Origin: a virus
Lineage: Duplodnaviria; Heunggongvirae; Uroviricota; Caudoviricetes
Virus record (IMG/VR): IMGVR_UViG_3300025659_000002
Coordinates: 64,001-128,000 of that record
DNA: 64,000 bases
Strand: one strand, 5' to 3'
Below, in pieces: positions 44,100 to 53,456 of the stretch (the first letter of the stretch is position 1; every line of letters begins with the position of its first letter). The notes under the pieces were generated by a model, which ran no database searches, was not told the DNA's origin, and worked only from the letters and a program-made list of their open reading frames with translations. A program made the translations under genes and the position numbers.

Positions 44100-44686
44100 T
44101 AGAATATATAAATAAACCTAGCAGAATTTACTACGTCACGGGTCCAATTTAAAATAAATTGAGCACCAATTTGACCAATAATTCTATTTCCACCTTGGAC
44201 TATGCCTGCCTCTAATTCATAGGCTAATTGACAACTTCCATTTTCTACTTTTTCTGGCAAAGTTTTTAGCATATCATCTAATGTATTAGTTGGATGCTTA
44301 GTAAAAGCAGCTATGGAGCGGCCCTCACTTCTTAAATCTATCCAATATACTTCTGGGTTTTTCTCTGCAAAGCGAAACAATAGTTCTCTAAAAGCAGTAT
44401 TATCTACAGCGCTTACTATGCAATCGTATCCTGTTAGCTGTTCTTCTGTAAGTATGTTTTCAGTAATGGCTGAAAACCCGTATTTTACTTCAAGACATTC
44501 TGCTTTATTATCCATTATATCTTCAGTTTCATAAGTAGTATACGGTAAATTTTTACTTTCAACAGTATCTTCATCTGCAAAGTAAAATAAAGTCTTATGA
44601 AATTGATTGTGTTTATTATAGTGATCTATATCTGGGGCTATCCAAGAGCCTATCCCACCACCACCTACTATTAATATTTTTTTCAT
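44099..44686 (-). CDS. ThiF/MoeB/E1-like adenylyltransferase (195 aa)
   Basis: IVGGGGIGS, ADEDTVESKNL, SAVDN..FR, and GSCQ candidate catalytic Cys. Confidence 0.85.
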   Translation of the reverse strand: MKKILIVGGGGIGSWIAPDIDHYNKHNQFHKTLFYFADEDTVESKNLPYTTYETEDIMDNKAECLEVKYGFSAITENILTEEQLTGYDCIVSAVDNTAFRELLFRFAEKNPEVYWIDLRSEGRSIAAFTKHPTNTLDDMLKTLPEKVENGSCQLAYELEAGIVQGGNRIIGQIGAQFILNWTRDVVNSARFIYIF

Positions 44687-45120
44687 TAGTTTTGTATAAT
44701 TATTTGTGCTTCGTTAAATTCTCTGATTACACCATCAAAATACCAAGCTGTCATACTCCTATACATGGGAGAGAAGATAATATATACTCCTTCATAACCT
44801 GCATAATTTAAATCAGTGGTAGAAGGTATTGGGTGGTGTCTTGGGTGTGTATGTGCTATACCTACAAGATCATAATCTGCATCATCATGCATATGAGTAG
44901 TTTTGCTCAACACATTGAATAAATCTTCAGGTTTTGGAGTATAATACACTTCGGCTTTAGAAGATATTTCTGTGTTTCGCATTCTCATATATTCCATACA
45001 ATGCCAATAGGTATCGCTGGATTTACTACCCAAGAGAGCCCCACAGATTTCTACTGTGGGGTCCTCTAAGGCGTGATTGTAAATATCAGCAATAACACTA
45101 AAATTACAAACTAAAATCAT
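44686..45120 (-). CDS. JAB/MPN+ (M67) metalloprotease (144 aa)
   Basis: EICGALLG and HTHP...PSTTD, the complete JAMM motif. Confidence 0.88.
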   Translation of the reverse strand: MILVCNFSVIADIYNHALEDPTVEICGALLGSKSSDTYWHCMEYMRMRNTEISSKAEVYYTPKPEDLFNVLSKTTHMHDDADYDLVGIAHTHPRHHPIPSTTDLNYAGYEGVYIIFSPMYRSMTAWYFDGVIREFNEAQIIIQN

Positions 45121-45899
45121 TATATGAACTCGATTAAGCAGCGTTTAGGAATTCTTGCTTTTTTACAAATCTGCTCTAGAGGAGCAGGAGCTTTTCCAAA
45201 ACGTTTCCAAAAATTAGCCTTAATGAAATTATAATCTTTAAATGTAATCCAGTTTTTTCCTGGAGGGCCATATAAAGCCCATATTAAACCATTAGGCATA
45301 TCTAGTTCTCTGGAAATTGTGTCAAGATTGAGGTTAACCCAATGCATGGCATATATACCAGGGCTGCCAGTTCTTACAGGCACTGCTTTAGAGCTATCTG
45401 AAGGGCGATGACATGGGTGTATTCTGTCTAGAAGACCTCTACCTCTTACAATGTCGTTTGCAACCTTTGAAAATCTTCCTAGATATTTATTCATTTCAGT
45501 TCGAACAGTATTAGGAGTTATATTCAAATTCATATCTCTTAAATTTTGCATAATATGTTCAAAATGTACTCCGTTAGCGAACTGCTGGTGAACATAATCT
45601 TTTGCCCATAATTGGCCATTTACCGGAAGTCCCCAACGCTTGTGTTCTATCCATTGTATCCCTGCGGCTTTAAAAAGTCCTCGCAAAGTTTCTGAAGTAG
45701 TGTTTAACCTTTCGGCTAAATCAGATTGAGTAGTTCCTATCTGTACAATAAAAGGAGCAGAACCCTCAGGAAATGAAGGTTCCGCTGCTTTAGTAAGTTC
45801 TAATCTTTTACCAGCTCGTCTTAAAGTTGGAATGAAATTATCAGCAGTAGTAATGTTTACTCCGCTACCTCGGCTTGTTGTCGTATTCTGTTTTCTCAT
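45120..45899 (-). CDS. Hypothetical protein (259 aa), possible HTH segment
   Basis: Intact ORF between Ubl and JAB; TQSDLAERLNTTSETLRGLF looks HTH-like. Confidence 0.55.
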   Translation of the reverse strand: MRKQNTTTSRGSGVNITTADNFIPTLRRAGKRLELTKAAEPSFPEGSAPFIVQIGTTQSDLAERLNTTSETLRGLFKAAGIQWIEHKRWGLPVNGQLWAKDYVHQQFANGVHFEHIMQNLRDMNLNITPNTVRTEMNKYLGRFSKVANDIVRGRGLLDRIHPCHRPSDSSKAVPVRTGSPGIYAMHWVNLNLDTISRELDMPNGLIWALYGPPGKNWITFKDYNFIKANFWKRFGKAPAPLEQICKKARIPKRCLIEFI

Positions 45900-45915
45900 T
45901 TGTCTTATTCCTAAG

Positions 45916-46146
45916 TTATCCGCCAGCTAAAGCGTTTGTTAGTACAATATCAGTTCCGATTACATCTGCAACACTAAGCCCATTAGGACTACGAAATTGT
46001 TGATCGATAAATAACCATTTTGATTCATTGTTTGTTTTTTCTTTTATCATGTCGATTGCGTCGAGAGGAGTCCCATACCAATCATCGTGACCACTTTCAG
46101 ATATAATCTGTACGTGAACCTGAAGGTTGTCTTCTTTTTTATTCAT
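45916..46146 (-). CDS. Ubiquitin-like/ThiS-MoaD-like beta-grasp protein ending in Gly-Gly (76 aa)
   Basis: C-terminus IVLTNALAGG-stop; size and beta-beta-alpha-beta pattern; near E1 and JAB genes. Confidence 0.75.
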   Translation of the reverse strand: MNKKEDNLQVHVQIISESGHDDWYGTPLDAIDMIKEKTNNESKWLFIDQQFRSPNGLSVADVIGTDIVLTNALAGG

Positions 46147-46162
46147 TATAATTTTGTGATTA

Positions 46163-48214
46163 TTATAGAGTTGTTATTTGCTGAGCGACAAGATTGTCGT
46201 TATGTAATGCAAATAGTCTATTTACTAATTTGTCTTTTCCTACTTGTGCTGTGGACTTATCCACAATACAAACATAATTTCCAGACGGGTATCTATATAC
46301 CTGAGAACCGTCTGCACTAACTACATAAGTATCTAATTTACCTTTAACAAGATATCCGGTAATAGTTTTTCCGCTTATATTATAAGCATCGATTTTGATA
46401 TTAAAACGTTTTTCTGTGTCAGCTAATAATTTTTTACTTTTTTCAACTGCCTCATTAAATTCTCGTTTTGCACCATCCAGTAAGCCTTTTATATCAGAGC
46501 TACTTACATTTTGAACAATGGTACCATCTAAGAGAGCGCTAACAATTTGTAGAACATTCACATAATTTTTAAATCTTATAAGTCTCTGAGTGTCAGATAC
46601 TCTAAATTCTTGTTTATTTAAAACTAAATAGTTTATATTTTTTTGTCGTCTAATTGGAAATTTAAAGGAAAGCATGCCGCCATCTAAGGGGTCTTTTGCT
46701 TTTACATCAACACCATTTTGAAGATACCCATGTATTTCTAAAGAGCAGCTGCTAACTGAGTGTAAAAAATAATCATAGTCTTCTTGTGAAGTAAAGCAAA
46801 GCGCCCTCTGAAGGCATTCTGCAACTTCGCTAGCATTTACTCTATGTTCATTTATATATAAACGTTTGCTTACTACCCCATTCGCATTAGTAGTGTATTG
46901 TGCGTCAAGATTAAAGGAAACTTCTCCAATTATACCAGAAGAAGCGTCTGACTGAGCTTCATCCTCTACGAATCTATCTAAAATTCTTTCAAAATTTAAA
47001 TCTTGAATGTCGGACCAATACCATCTTAATTCACTTATTAAAGTTTTAGTCCAGCCTTCATTTGGCTTAAATATTCGTTGGTTTTCATAGGTTATTTCTG
47101 TAGAGGAAATTGTCATTCCGTTTAAAGAGATTGGTTTAGTATCTAATTTATCTAAACGAGCAGTAAATTTTTTACTCAGATTGGTTTTAGCTACTTCTTC
47201 ATTTTCTTCTCTTAATTTAAGTTTATCAGCTTTTTTTACAACTTGTTGTATGTCTCTACTTTCTAAAAGCATAGGAAGTTCCCCAGCTTTTGAAGCGGAC
47301 GCCCACAAGCTTTTTAAAATTGTTTCAGTAGGGAGCACGGGGTGATCATCAGTAAATACTAATGTTTGAACACGACCCGCAGCGTCTCCATCCCTAAACA
47401 ATATTCTACCGATGTCCATGTAATTGTATAATTCGTGATCGGGAGTCAGCATACTTATATAAACTCTATTATTGTATTGATTCCAAGAATTATTATAACT
47501 ATAAGAATTTTTATTACTTTGTTCTACTGTAAATACAACTCGTCTGTTAACGGATTCTAATACAGCGATAACTGCTGCAAATTTCTTTGAAGGGCTACCA
47601 TTATAGAATAAATGTTCAGGATTTACTTCTTTTACAAAAGTAGAGGTTCCTTTGCTATTTAATTCTGATAGAAGCTTAGAGGCTCTTGGCCACAAGTCAA
47701 CTATTGAATTATCGATTACTCCTAGTTCCATATAATTTCCAGAAATCTCAGTATTTATAAAAATATGAGTATATAATTCTTCCCAGAGATTACTAATATT
47801 TTCAAAAACTATATCTGTAAAATTTACAGATAGGCTTCTGAAGAAATTAGAAAGGGCCCCAAAAGAACGTACGGTAGTAAGATCTTCTGGAGCTATTTCT
47901 TTTATTTTAAAGTTATATACGACAAAAAAGTTTTTGTCATTATCTTCTATTTCTGCACCATAGGTTTCTAACGTAAAATTAAGGTCGTCAGAAGTTCGCG
48001 TTGAGTTGTTAAAGTTTCTACCTTCTAAATGACACATAGCTTTGCTAGTTGTCAATTGAAAGGTGATACCTGATAAGGTACCGCTGTGCATTTGAAACTC
48101 TTCACTATTAAACAAGGCGAAGGGTTTGGTACGTAATGTTTCCTGTTGTTCTTCACCAATTCCTAACTCATAAAGTGAGTTTAGAGCTGGTATTATTTTC
48201 AGTTTTACTTGCAT
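46163..48214 (-). CDS. Large hypothetical protein (683 aa) in the Ubl cluster
   Basis: Intact ORF; central coiled coil; C-terminal SGNYVCIVD. Confidence 0.7.
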   Translation of the reverse strand: MQVKLKIIPALNSLYELGIGEEQQETLRTKPFALFNSEEFQMHSGTLSGITFQLTTSKAMCHLEGRNFNNSTRTSDDLNFTLETYGAEIEDNDKNFFVVYNFKIKEIAPEDLTTVRSFGALSNFFRSLSVNFTDIVFENISNLWEELYTHIFINTEISGNYMELGVIDNSIVDLWPRASKLLSELNSKGTSTFVKEVNPEHLFYNGSPSKKFAAVIAVLESVNRRVVFTVEQSNKNSYSYNNSWNQYNNRVYISMLTPDHELYNYMDIGRILFRDGDAAGRVQTLVFTDDHPVLPTETILKSLWASASKAGELPMLLESRDIQQVVKKADKLKLREENEEVAKTNLSKKFTARLDKLDTKPISLNGMTISSTEITYENQRIFKPNEGWTKTLISELRWYWSDIQDLNFERILDRFVEDEAQSDASSGIIGEVSFNLDAQYTTNANGVVSKRLYINEHRVNASEVAECLQRALCFTSQEDYDYFLHSVSSCSLEIHGYLQNGVDVKAKDPLDGGMLSFKFPIRRQKNINYLVLNKQEFRVSDTQRLIRFKNYVNVLQIVSALLDGTIVQNVSSSDIKGLLDGAKREFNEAVEKSKKLLADTEKRFNIKIDAYNISGKTITGYLVKGKLDTYVVSADGSQVYRYPSGNYVCIVDKSTAQVGKDKLVNRLFALHNDNLVAQQITTL

Positions 48215-48219
48215 GTGTT

Positions 48220-48636
48220 TTAATCAAAAAGTCCGGTTTTTTCTGTTAATTCATTGGATTCGGAAGTACTCTCCTTCATGTCACATATAGTTAACACTAG
48301 GAAGTCTTTTGGGTCTGGATATAAATTTACTTCTTTACCTTGTAAGCCTTTCAGCGTACCGGCGTCGTAATAATCTAAAACTTTTGCTAAAGTGCTACCT
48401 GACGATAGCTCACCTTTCGAGTCGAGTGTAAACCATAATCCCTTTATCCCTTGGGACTGTTTATGGTCTTCTACCCAACAATCAGATACTTGAAAAGTCC
48501 TACGACCATCATTAACTGAAAGTATAATTTTATCCGCAGTTTCCCCATCTCTGGTGGATACTGTTGTTTTTTTCACTTCTTCTACTGTTCCCTGTCGTAA
48601 CTTGCTTCCGACTCCTAAATCTAAAAAGTCATTCAT
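48220..48636 (-). CDS. Possible single-stranded DNA-binding protein (138 aa)
   Basis: Beta-rich body and acidic tail ending TGLFD; function call is weak. Confidence 0.4.
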   Translation of the reverse strand: MNDFLDLGVGSKLRQGTVEEVKKTTVSTRDGETADKIILSVNDGRRTFQVSDCWVEDHKQSQGIKGLWFTLDSKGELSSGSTLAKVLDYYDAGTLKGLQGKEVNLYPDPKDFLVLTICDMKESTSESNELTEKTGLFD

Positions 48637-48671
48637 TGTTTTCTTATTTGGTTGATATTCTTTAATGTCTT

Positions 48672-48700
48672 AATCTAGTAACTTGCTTCCGTTGTGTGAA
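48672..48700 (-). promoter_or_regulatory. Possible sigma-70 promoter TTCACA-N17-TAGATT for the 48636-40137 block
   Basis: In the intergenic gap, downstream of the RNR terminator; one mismatch in the -35 hexamer, two in the -10. Confidence 0.45.
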
Positions 48701-48722
48701 GACTGAATACCATCTTCTACAT

Positions 48723-48750
48723 AAAAAAAAGGTTAGGATGGCCCTAACCT
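48723..48750 (-). terminator. Rho-independent terminator after the RNR gene
   Basis: GGTTAGG-ATGGC-CCTAACC hairpin with A8 on the + strand (U8 on -). Confidence 0.8.
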
Positions 48751-48775
48751 CTTCTTAATTCTTATACCAAAAAAT

Positions 48776-50764
48776 CTAAATTTCGCAGCTGTCGTTACTA
48801 CAAAATTTTTCTACTTCGGCATTGTTTCCCTTAACTTTCTTGAAAGATAAGGATTTTATGTTTTTAATTAATTTATTATAAGCATCTTCCGTTATTTTTT
48901 CGTAAGGCATTTGCGGGTAAGCACCTCCTTCTAATTTTGGAAGAAATGAAACAGATTTTAATTTGTATTGAAATATATCTAAGGCCTGCTCTATGTATGG
49001 GCCTTCCGTTTCCGGGTCAAATGTGATAGTAACAGAGACAGAGTTATCTGCCCAGTACTTTTGCATAAATGCAGCCATCTCTAACTGTTCCCACATTGAT
49101 ACATCTTCTAAGGTTCTTATGTGCTCTCCAACGTCGACTGGAACTTCTACTACTGACGTAGTTGCTTCTTGCCCAAAGGCTTTTTCTACAACATATCCTG
49201 CCTTTCGTAAAGGTTCTAATAAAGGACTATCATTAGCTAAGCGTACACGTCTAATATAAAAACGGCTTTCTGGGTAATGCTGTCCAGGGGTAGCGCCTAC
49301 TAGTATAGAAATGGAACCACTAGGTTTCATTGTACTTAGGCGTATAGACCTAGGAATAGCAAACCAGTCTGAGTATGATTCATCATAGTTTTTTAGGGCT
49401 GCGTATCCCTCATTTAGCCAATGCTTTAAAGTATCTATAGAATTGTTTGCTAAGAATTGAGCTACGGCACCTACGCCTGTACCTACTCTTCTATTTCTTA
49501 ACATAATTTGATTGGTTTCAGGCCAATGGGTATCAAGTAATGTTATTGTTTTAGAGTATAAATAGGCATATTTTAGAGAGCGTATAAAGTCTTCAAGAGT
49601 GTCATGTTTGCTTAAGAACACCTCACATAAATTGCATTTTTCTCCGCTTTCTAAAAATATTTCACCACAAGGGTTAGTGCCCTTAGTTTTCGTATCAGCT
49701 CTTAAACCACTGTTGGTTTCACCAAAACGTCCATTTGCATGGGCATTCTCTGGCCATAATAATCCGGGTTCTCCATTTATTCTTATTCTTTCAGCAATCT
49801 CTTTGTAGTTCATACCTACTGTGCCTATCACGGAATTGTTACTTGCCCAGCCATATTCTATACGATCTGGATTTTTCTCATAATTTTTTAAATCCAAAAA
49901 TTCGTCTATAGGTAAGCCTGCAAGTAAAATAGCGGATCTTCTTACGTTTCCAGCTACTACAGTTTTGCCAATAAAATTAAATATATCAGCGATAGTTCTA
50001 ATAGTAATAAGGGATCCAGCATTATGTGATAAAGTTTTCTCTATCATAATATGCATCTCTTTTAGAGGGCCTGATCCAGAGGATACCCCTCCAAAGGTTT
50101 TTATAGGTAAGCCTTCTGCTCTAATTTCAGTATAATCAAAGATAGGTTTAGGTATTTTATAAAAGAAAGATTTTATTAATATGTCTAAACTTTCTACCCA
50201 ACCTTCCCTAGAATCAGGAATAACAAAAACTTCAGTACCTTCTAATTGTCCCTTTACTTCAACAGTGCCCGCACCTAATAAGTCGGCCCCAATACCAACA
50301 CCGCACATAAGCATATCCATAGCAAATGTAAAAGGTTTACTGGGATCTTGTTTCATAGTTTCAGTACTAATAAAACTACAATTAAATAATGCAGGTGTTA
50401 ATTTTTTCTTTTCAATTATATCGGTACCTTGCGCATACAACCCTCTTCCTGGTGCTAAAATTTTCATAGACCACATTCTGTAGTACATTTCCTGTGCAGA
50501 AAATTGAGCTTTTTGAGGAACCCAAGCTAGTCTAAGTGATTCTATCCATCTTTTTTGAATGTTATAGGTACCTTCAACAACTCTTCTGATGGTTTCCCAC
50601 CATTCCTCGTTTTTGCCATTCTCCTTAATTCTAGAGTATGTACGTTTGTAAACTAACTCACCTAAACCGTTAAATCCAAATGGAGGTTTTTTTCTTTTGT
50701 ATTTGTCTATAAATGTTTCAGTTAGTCTAAAAGGTACATAATCTTCCATTTGTTTTTTCTCCAT
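48776..50764 (-). CDS. nrdJ: Class II (B12-dependent) ribonucleotide reductase, monomeric RTPR type (662 aa)
   Basis: PGRGL, NCSF, GVGIG, VAGNVRRSA, TNPCGE...CNL.E, KPSGSIS and C-terminal FCSNDSC. Confidence 0.93.
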   Translation of the reverse strand: MEKKQMEDYVPFRLTETFIDKYKRKKPPFGFNGLGELVYKRTYSRIKENGKNEEWWETIRRVVEGTYNIQKRWIESLRLAWVPQKAQFSAQEMYYRMWSMKILAPGRGLYAQGTDIIEKKKLTPALFNCSFISTETMKQDPSKPFTFAMDMLMCGVGIGADLLGAGTVEVKGQLEGTEVFVIPDSREGWVESLDILIKSFFYKIPKPIFDYTEIRAEGLPIKTFGGVSSGSGPLKEMHIMIEKTLSHNAGSLITIRTIADIFNFIGKTVVAGNVRRSAILLAGLPIDEFLDLKNYEKNPDRIEYGWASNNSVIGTVGMNYKEIAERIRINGEPGLLWPENAHANGRFGETNSGLRADTKTKGTNPCGEIFLESGEKCNLCEVFLSKHDTLEDFIRSLKYAYLYSKTITLLDTHWPETNQIMLRNRRVGTGVGAVAQFLANNSIDTLKHWLNEGYAALKNYDESYSDWFAIPRSIRLSTMKPSGSISILVGATPGQHYPESRFYIRRVRLANDSPLLEPLRKAGYVVEKAFGQEATTSVVEVPVDVGEHIRTLEDVSMWEQLEMAAFMQKYWADNSVSVTITFDPETEGPYIEQALDIFQYKLKSVSFLPKLEGGAYPQMPYEKITEDAYNKLIKNIKSLSFKKVKGNNAEVEKFCSNDSCEI

Positions 50765-51207
50765 TAAGAAGGTTGTTCAGAATCCGAAGAACCGAAACCT
50801 TTATCCCCACGAGCGGTTTCAGTAAGTTCTTCTTCCTCTCCTAACTCTTCTAGCTGTATAAGCTGTCGTCTTAAAATAACCATTTGAGCAATTTTGTCAC
50901 CAGGCTCTATGGTGTAAGGGCGATATCCAGTGTTTTTAAACATGACAGCTATCTCGCCTCGATAGTCAGAGTCTATGACTCCGGCAGTCACTTTTAAAGC
51001 ATTTTGTAGGCTAAAGCCGCTTCTGTCCCAAATTTTACCAAAGTAAGAGGTGGGTATTTCAAAGGATAGTCCGGTGTGAACCGCTTTTGTTGTATTTGCT
51101 GGAATAACAATTTTATGATCGGCATATAAGTCCATGCCAGCTGCGCCATCATAGGCCATTGTAGGGGACTTAGCTGATTTAGTCAGCTTTTTAAATCTAA
51201 TATTCAT
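50764..51207 (-). CDS. dut: Trimeric dUTPase (147 aa)
   Basis: AGMDL, RSG, GVIDSDYRGE, IAQ and RGDKGFGSS motifs. Confidence 0.95.
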   Translation of the reverse strand: MNIRFKKLTKSAKSPTMAYDGAAGMDLYADHKIVIPANTTKAVHTGLSFEIPTSYFGKIWDRSGFSLQNALKVTAGVIDSDYRGEIAVMFKNTGYRPYTIEPGDKIAQMVILRRQLIQLEELGEEEELTETARGDKGFGSSDSEQPS

Positions 51208-51546
51208 TTAGTTTGTAGTGGTTTCTGGTGTAATTTTATTTTCAATAATCTGTATATTATTAATAAGTGTTATGGAGTCTATAGAAAGCATAGTAGGGGT
51301 TTTAAAATCGGCAGTAAGAGCCGTTATATCTATATTTTGGAAATCGGTTTCACCGAAAGGGCGAAGTACAATAGCATCATCTATCCCCTTCACTAGTTCA
51401 ATAATTCCTACATAAGATTCTCTATGTAAACCTTCTCGAACAATAAAGCATTTTGGGCCATAAATATTTATAAAGGCGCTTATACTATCTTTTGAGAACA
51501 TAATTTTTTTACCTTGGTTAAGTAATGTTCCGGCTCTGTAAGCCAT
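51208..51546 (-). CDS. Hypothetical protein (start uncertain)
   Basis: Track ORF between recU and dut; overlaps the recU 3' end, so the true start may be downstream. Confidence 0.5.
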   Translation of the reverse strand: MAYRAGTLLNQGKKIMFSKDSISAFINIYGPKCFIVREGLHRESYVGIIELVKGIDDAIVLRPFGETDFQNIDITALTADFKTPTMLSIDSITLINNIQIIENKITPETTTN

Positions 51547-51956
51547 TCATTTTTAAAATCTTTAAAGGGTATGGAACGTCTACCTTCATCATCATACCAG
51601 TATTTAGTAATAATGCTTAAAGGCGTAATATATACCTTAGTTGGATGTATTTTTTTGAAATGAATTAAGAAAAAAGCTATTCCACCTAATTCCTTAACCA
51701 TCTCTAAATACAATAATTGGTGTTGGTGTATATTAGCTAAAGGAAATCTAGTTTTTATTTCAGTTTCCTTCGCATCATAAGCAATAAATTTACCACCACC
51801 AATTAGTCCGGCATAATCTACAGTTGAGGTTTGTGCAATTAATCCTCGTTGTGTATAAACAATAGGCACTGGTATCTTTAAAATCAAGGCTTTTCTATCT
51901 CGCCTTAAATTTAAATTAATAGCATTTGCTGTCTTTTCTAATTGATTAACTTTCAT
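51480..51956 (-). CDS. recU: Holliday junction resolvase RecU (158 aa)
   Basis: STVDYAG...FIAYDAKET...IHQHQL.YL...GGIAFFLIHF. Confidence 0.88.
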   Translation of the reverse strand: MKVNQLEKTANAINLNLRRDRKALILKIPVPIVYTQRGLIAQTSTVDYAGLIGGGKFIAYDAKETEIKTRFPLANIHQHQLLYLEMVKELGGIAFFLIHFKKIHPTKVYITPLSIITKYWYDDEGRRSIPFKDFKNEWLTEPEHYLTKVKKLCSQKIV

Positions 51957-52632
51957 TATGAGAACCGCCTAAATATTTAGAATATCCTATTTGTTCTTCT
52001 AACTTCCAATTTAAATTAGCAGTTATATACTCAATTATATGTTGAGGAATTTTTTTAAAGAATTCTTCTTTTAAATAAAAATCTTTTTTATTAAAAGTTT
52101 CAATACTTATAGCACTTTCTAAACAATATTTTTCTAAAATTATTGTAGAATCCCAAATAGCTAGATTGTATTTTATAGCTAAAAAATCTAATTCAATTTT
52201 TGGATTCTCCAACAACTCTTCATATTTTATAAATTCTATATTTTTTACCACTTTCCTTAATAATAAAAATAAAGCTATTTTTTCTTCTCTGCATTTAAAA
52301 ATATTGTCAAATGTCTCTACTATCTTTTGTTCCGTAATTATATCATAAGACCTAAAATCATTAGATAAAAAATCTTCCCAGCTAACCATAGCTAATTCAG
52401 GTAAATGGTGAGGGTGTTCAAACATACCTAATAGCCAGGAATAAGGATTCTTGTGTATTATTAAAAATAAAGTGTCTTCAGGAATTGGTATTAAAGAGTT
52501 ATAATTTGGCAATCCATGTTTCCAGCCGTGATTAAAAACTATTTCAACCTCTCTGATATTATCACGTATAAGATACTCTAACCAGGTAGTTCCTGAATGC
52601 CTTTCCCCAAATAGCTGTATTTTAGAAATCAT
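51946..52632 (-). CDS. Sulfotransferase-like P-loop protein (228 aa)
   Basis: GERHSGTTWL, GWKH and KNPYSWL resemble PAPS-binding motifs. Confidence 0.55.
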   Translation of the reverse strand: MISKIQLFGERHSGTTWLEYLIRDNIREVEIVFNHGWKHGLPNYNSLIPIPEDTLFLIIHKNPYSWLLGMFEHPHHLPELAMVSWEDFLSNDFRSYDIITEQKIVETFDNIFKCREEKIALFLLLRKVVKNIEFIKYEELLENPKIELDFLAIKYNLAIWDSTIILEKYCLESAISIETFNKKDFYLKEEFFKKIPQHIIEYITANLNWKLEEQIGYSKYLGGSHNES

Positions 52633-53456
52633 TAGGATTCAAATGGATTGCAACTAATCATTTCTTTAATTTGATCTTGTATAGAAGGTATTTCATCTAT
52701 TATAGGTTTTTGAATATCTTTACTATTTACCAAAGATCTATCACAACCTGGGGTTGCTTCAAAGAGATCCACTTTTATATCTAAGTTATACTCGGCGATT
52801 AGCAACGTTAGTAACTGGTATTTGGAAATGATTTCAGGAGAAAATATATGTCTAACTCCTTTCCAGTAAGTTTCCTTAACAATAATATCCCTAATAATTT
52901 TAGCTAGTTGCCAACAAGTAACTCCGTTCCAAAAATGATTTGTGTATCCAAATACTTTAGAACCCTCTTGAGTTTTTAACCACTCTATTAGGGAACGTTG
53001 GTTTCCTTCTCGCTCTTCACCAATTAAAGAAGTTCTGATTACAGTAATATTTTCAGGCTCTCCTAAAGCCTTTGTTTTTCCATAATCATCGATAGCGTCT
53101 TTAACATCTACCTCTGAGTACTTACCTTTTTTTCCTGAAAATACGCCATCGGTAGTAATATGTATTACATTGACTTCAGTAGTTTCTGCTAAATCACTTA
53201 ATAGATGTGGAAATATACTATTAACCTGTATAGTCTCATATAAGCCCCTAACTTGCATTCTTGGCCCAATGACCCCGGCACAGTTTATTATGACGTCCTC
53301 GGGGCCAATTTGCTCCAATTCTAGCCATTTAAGAACTGTAGCAGGCCTACATAAATCGAATTCTTCGGAACCCAAGGGTACTAGGCCTTTAATTCCTATT
53401 AACGCGGAGCTTACATAACGGCCTAACATGCCATTAGCTCCGAATAGATACATCAT
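52632..53456 (-). CDS. RmlD-like NDP-4-keto-sugar reductase (274 aa)
   Basis: FGANGMLG, INCAG, HITTDGVFSG, YGKTKALGE, RTS.IG. Confidence 0.85.
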   Translation of the reverse strand: MMYLFGANGMLGRYVSSALIGIKGLVPLGSEEFDLCRPATVLKWLELEQIGPEDVIINCAGVIGPRMQVRGLYETIQVNSIFPHLLSDLAETTEVNVIHITTDGVFSGKKGKYSEVDVKDAIDDYGKTKALGEPENITVIRTSLIGEEREGNQRSLIEWLKTQEGSKVFGYTNHFWNGVTCWQLAKIIRDIIVKETYWKGVRHIFSPEIISKYQLLTLLIAEYNLDIKVDLFEATPGCDRSLVNSKDIQKPIIDEIPSIQDQIKEMISCNPFES

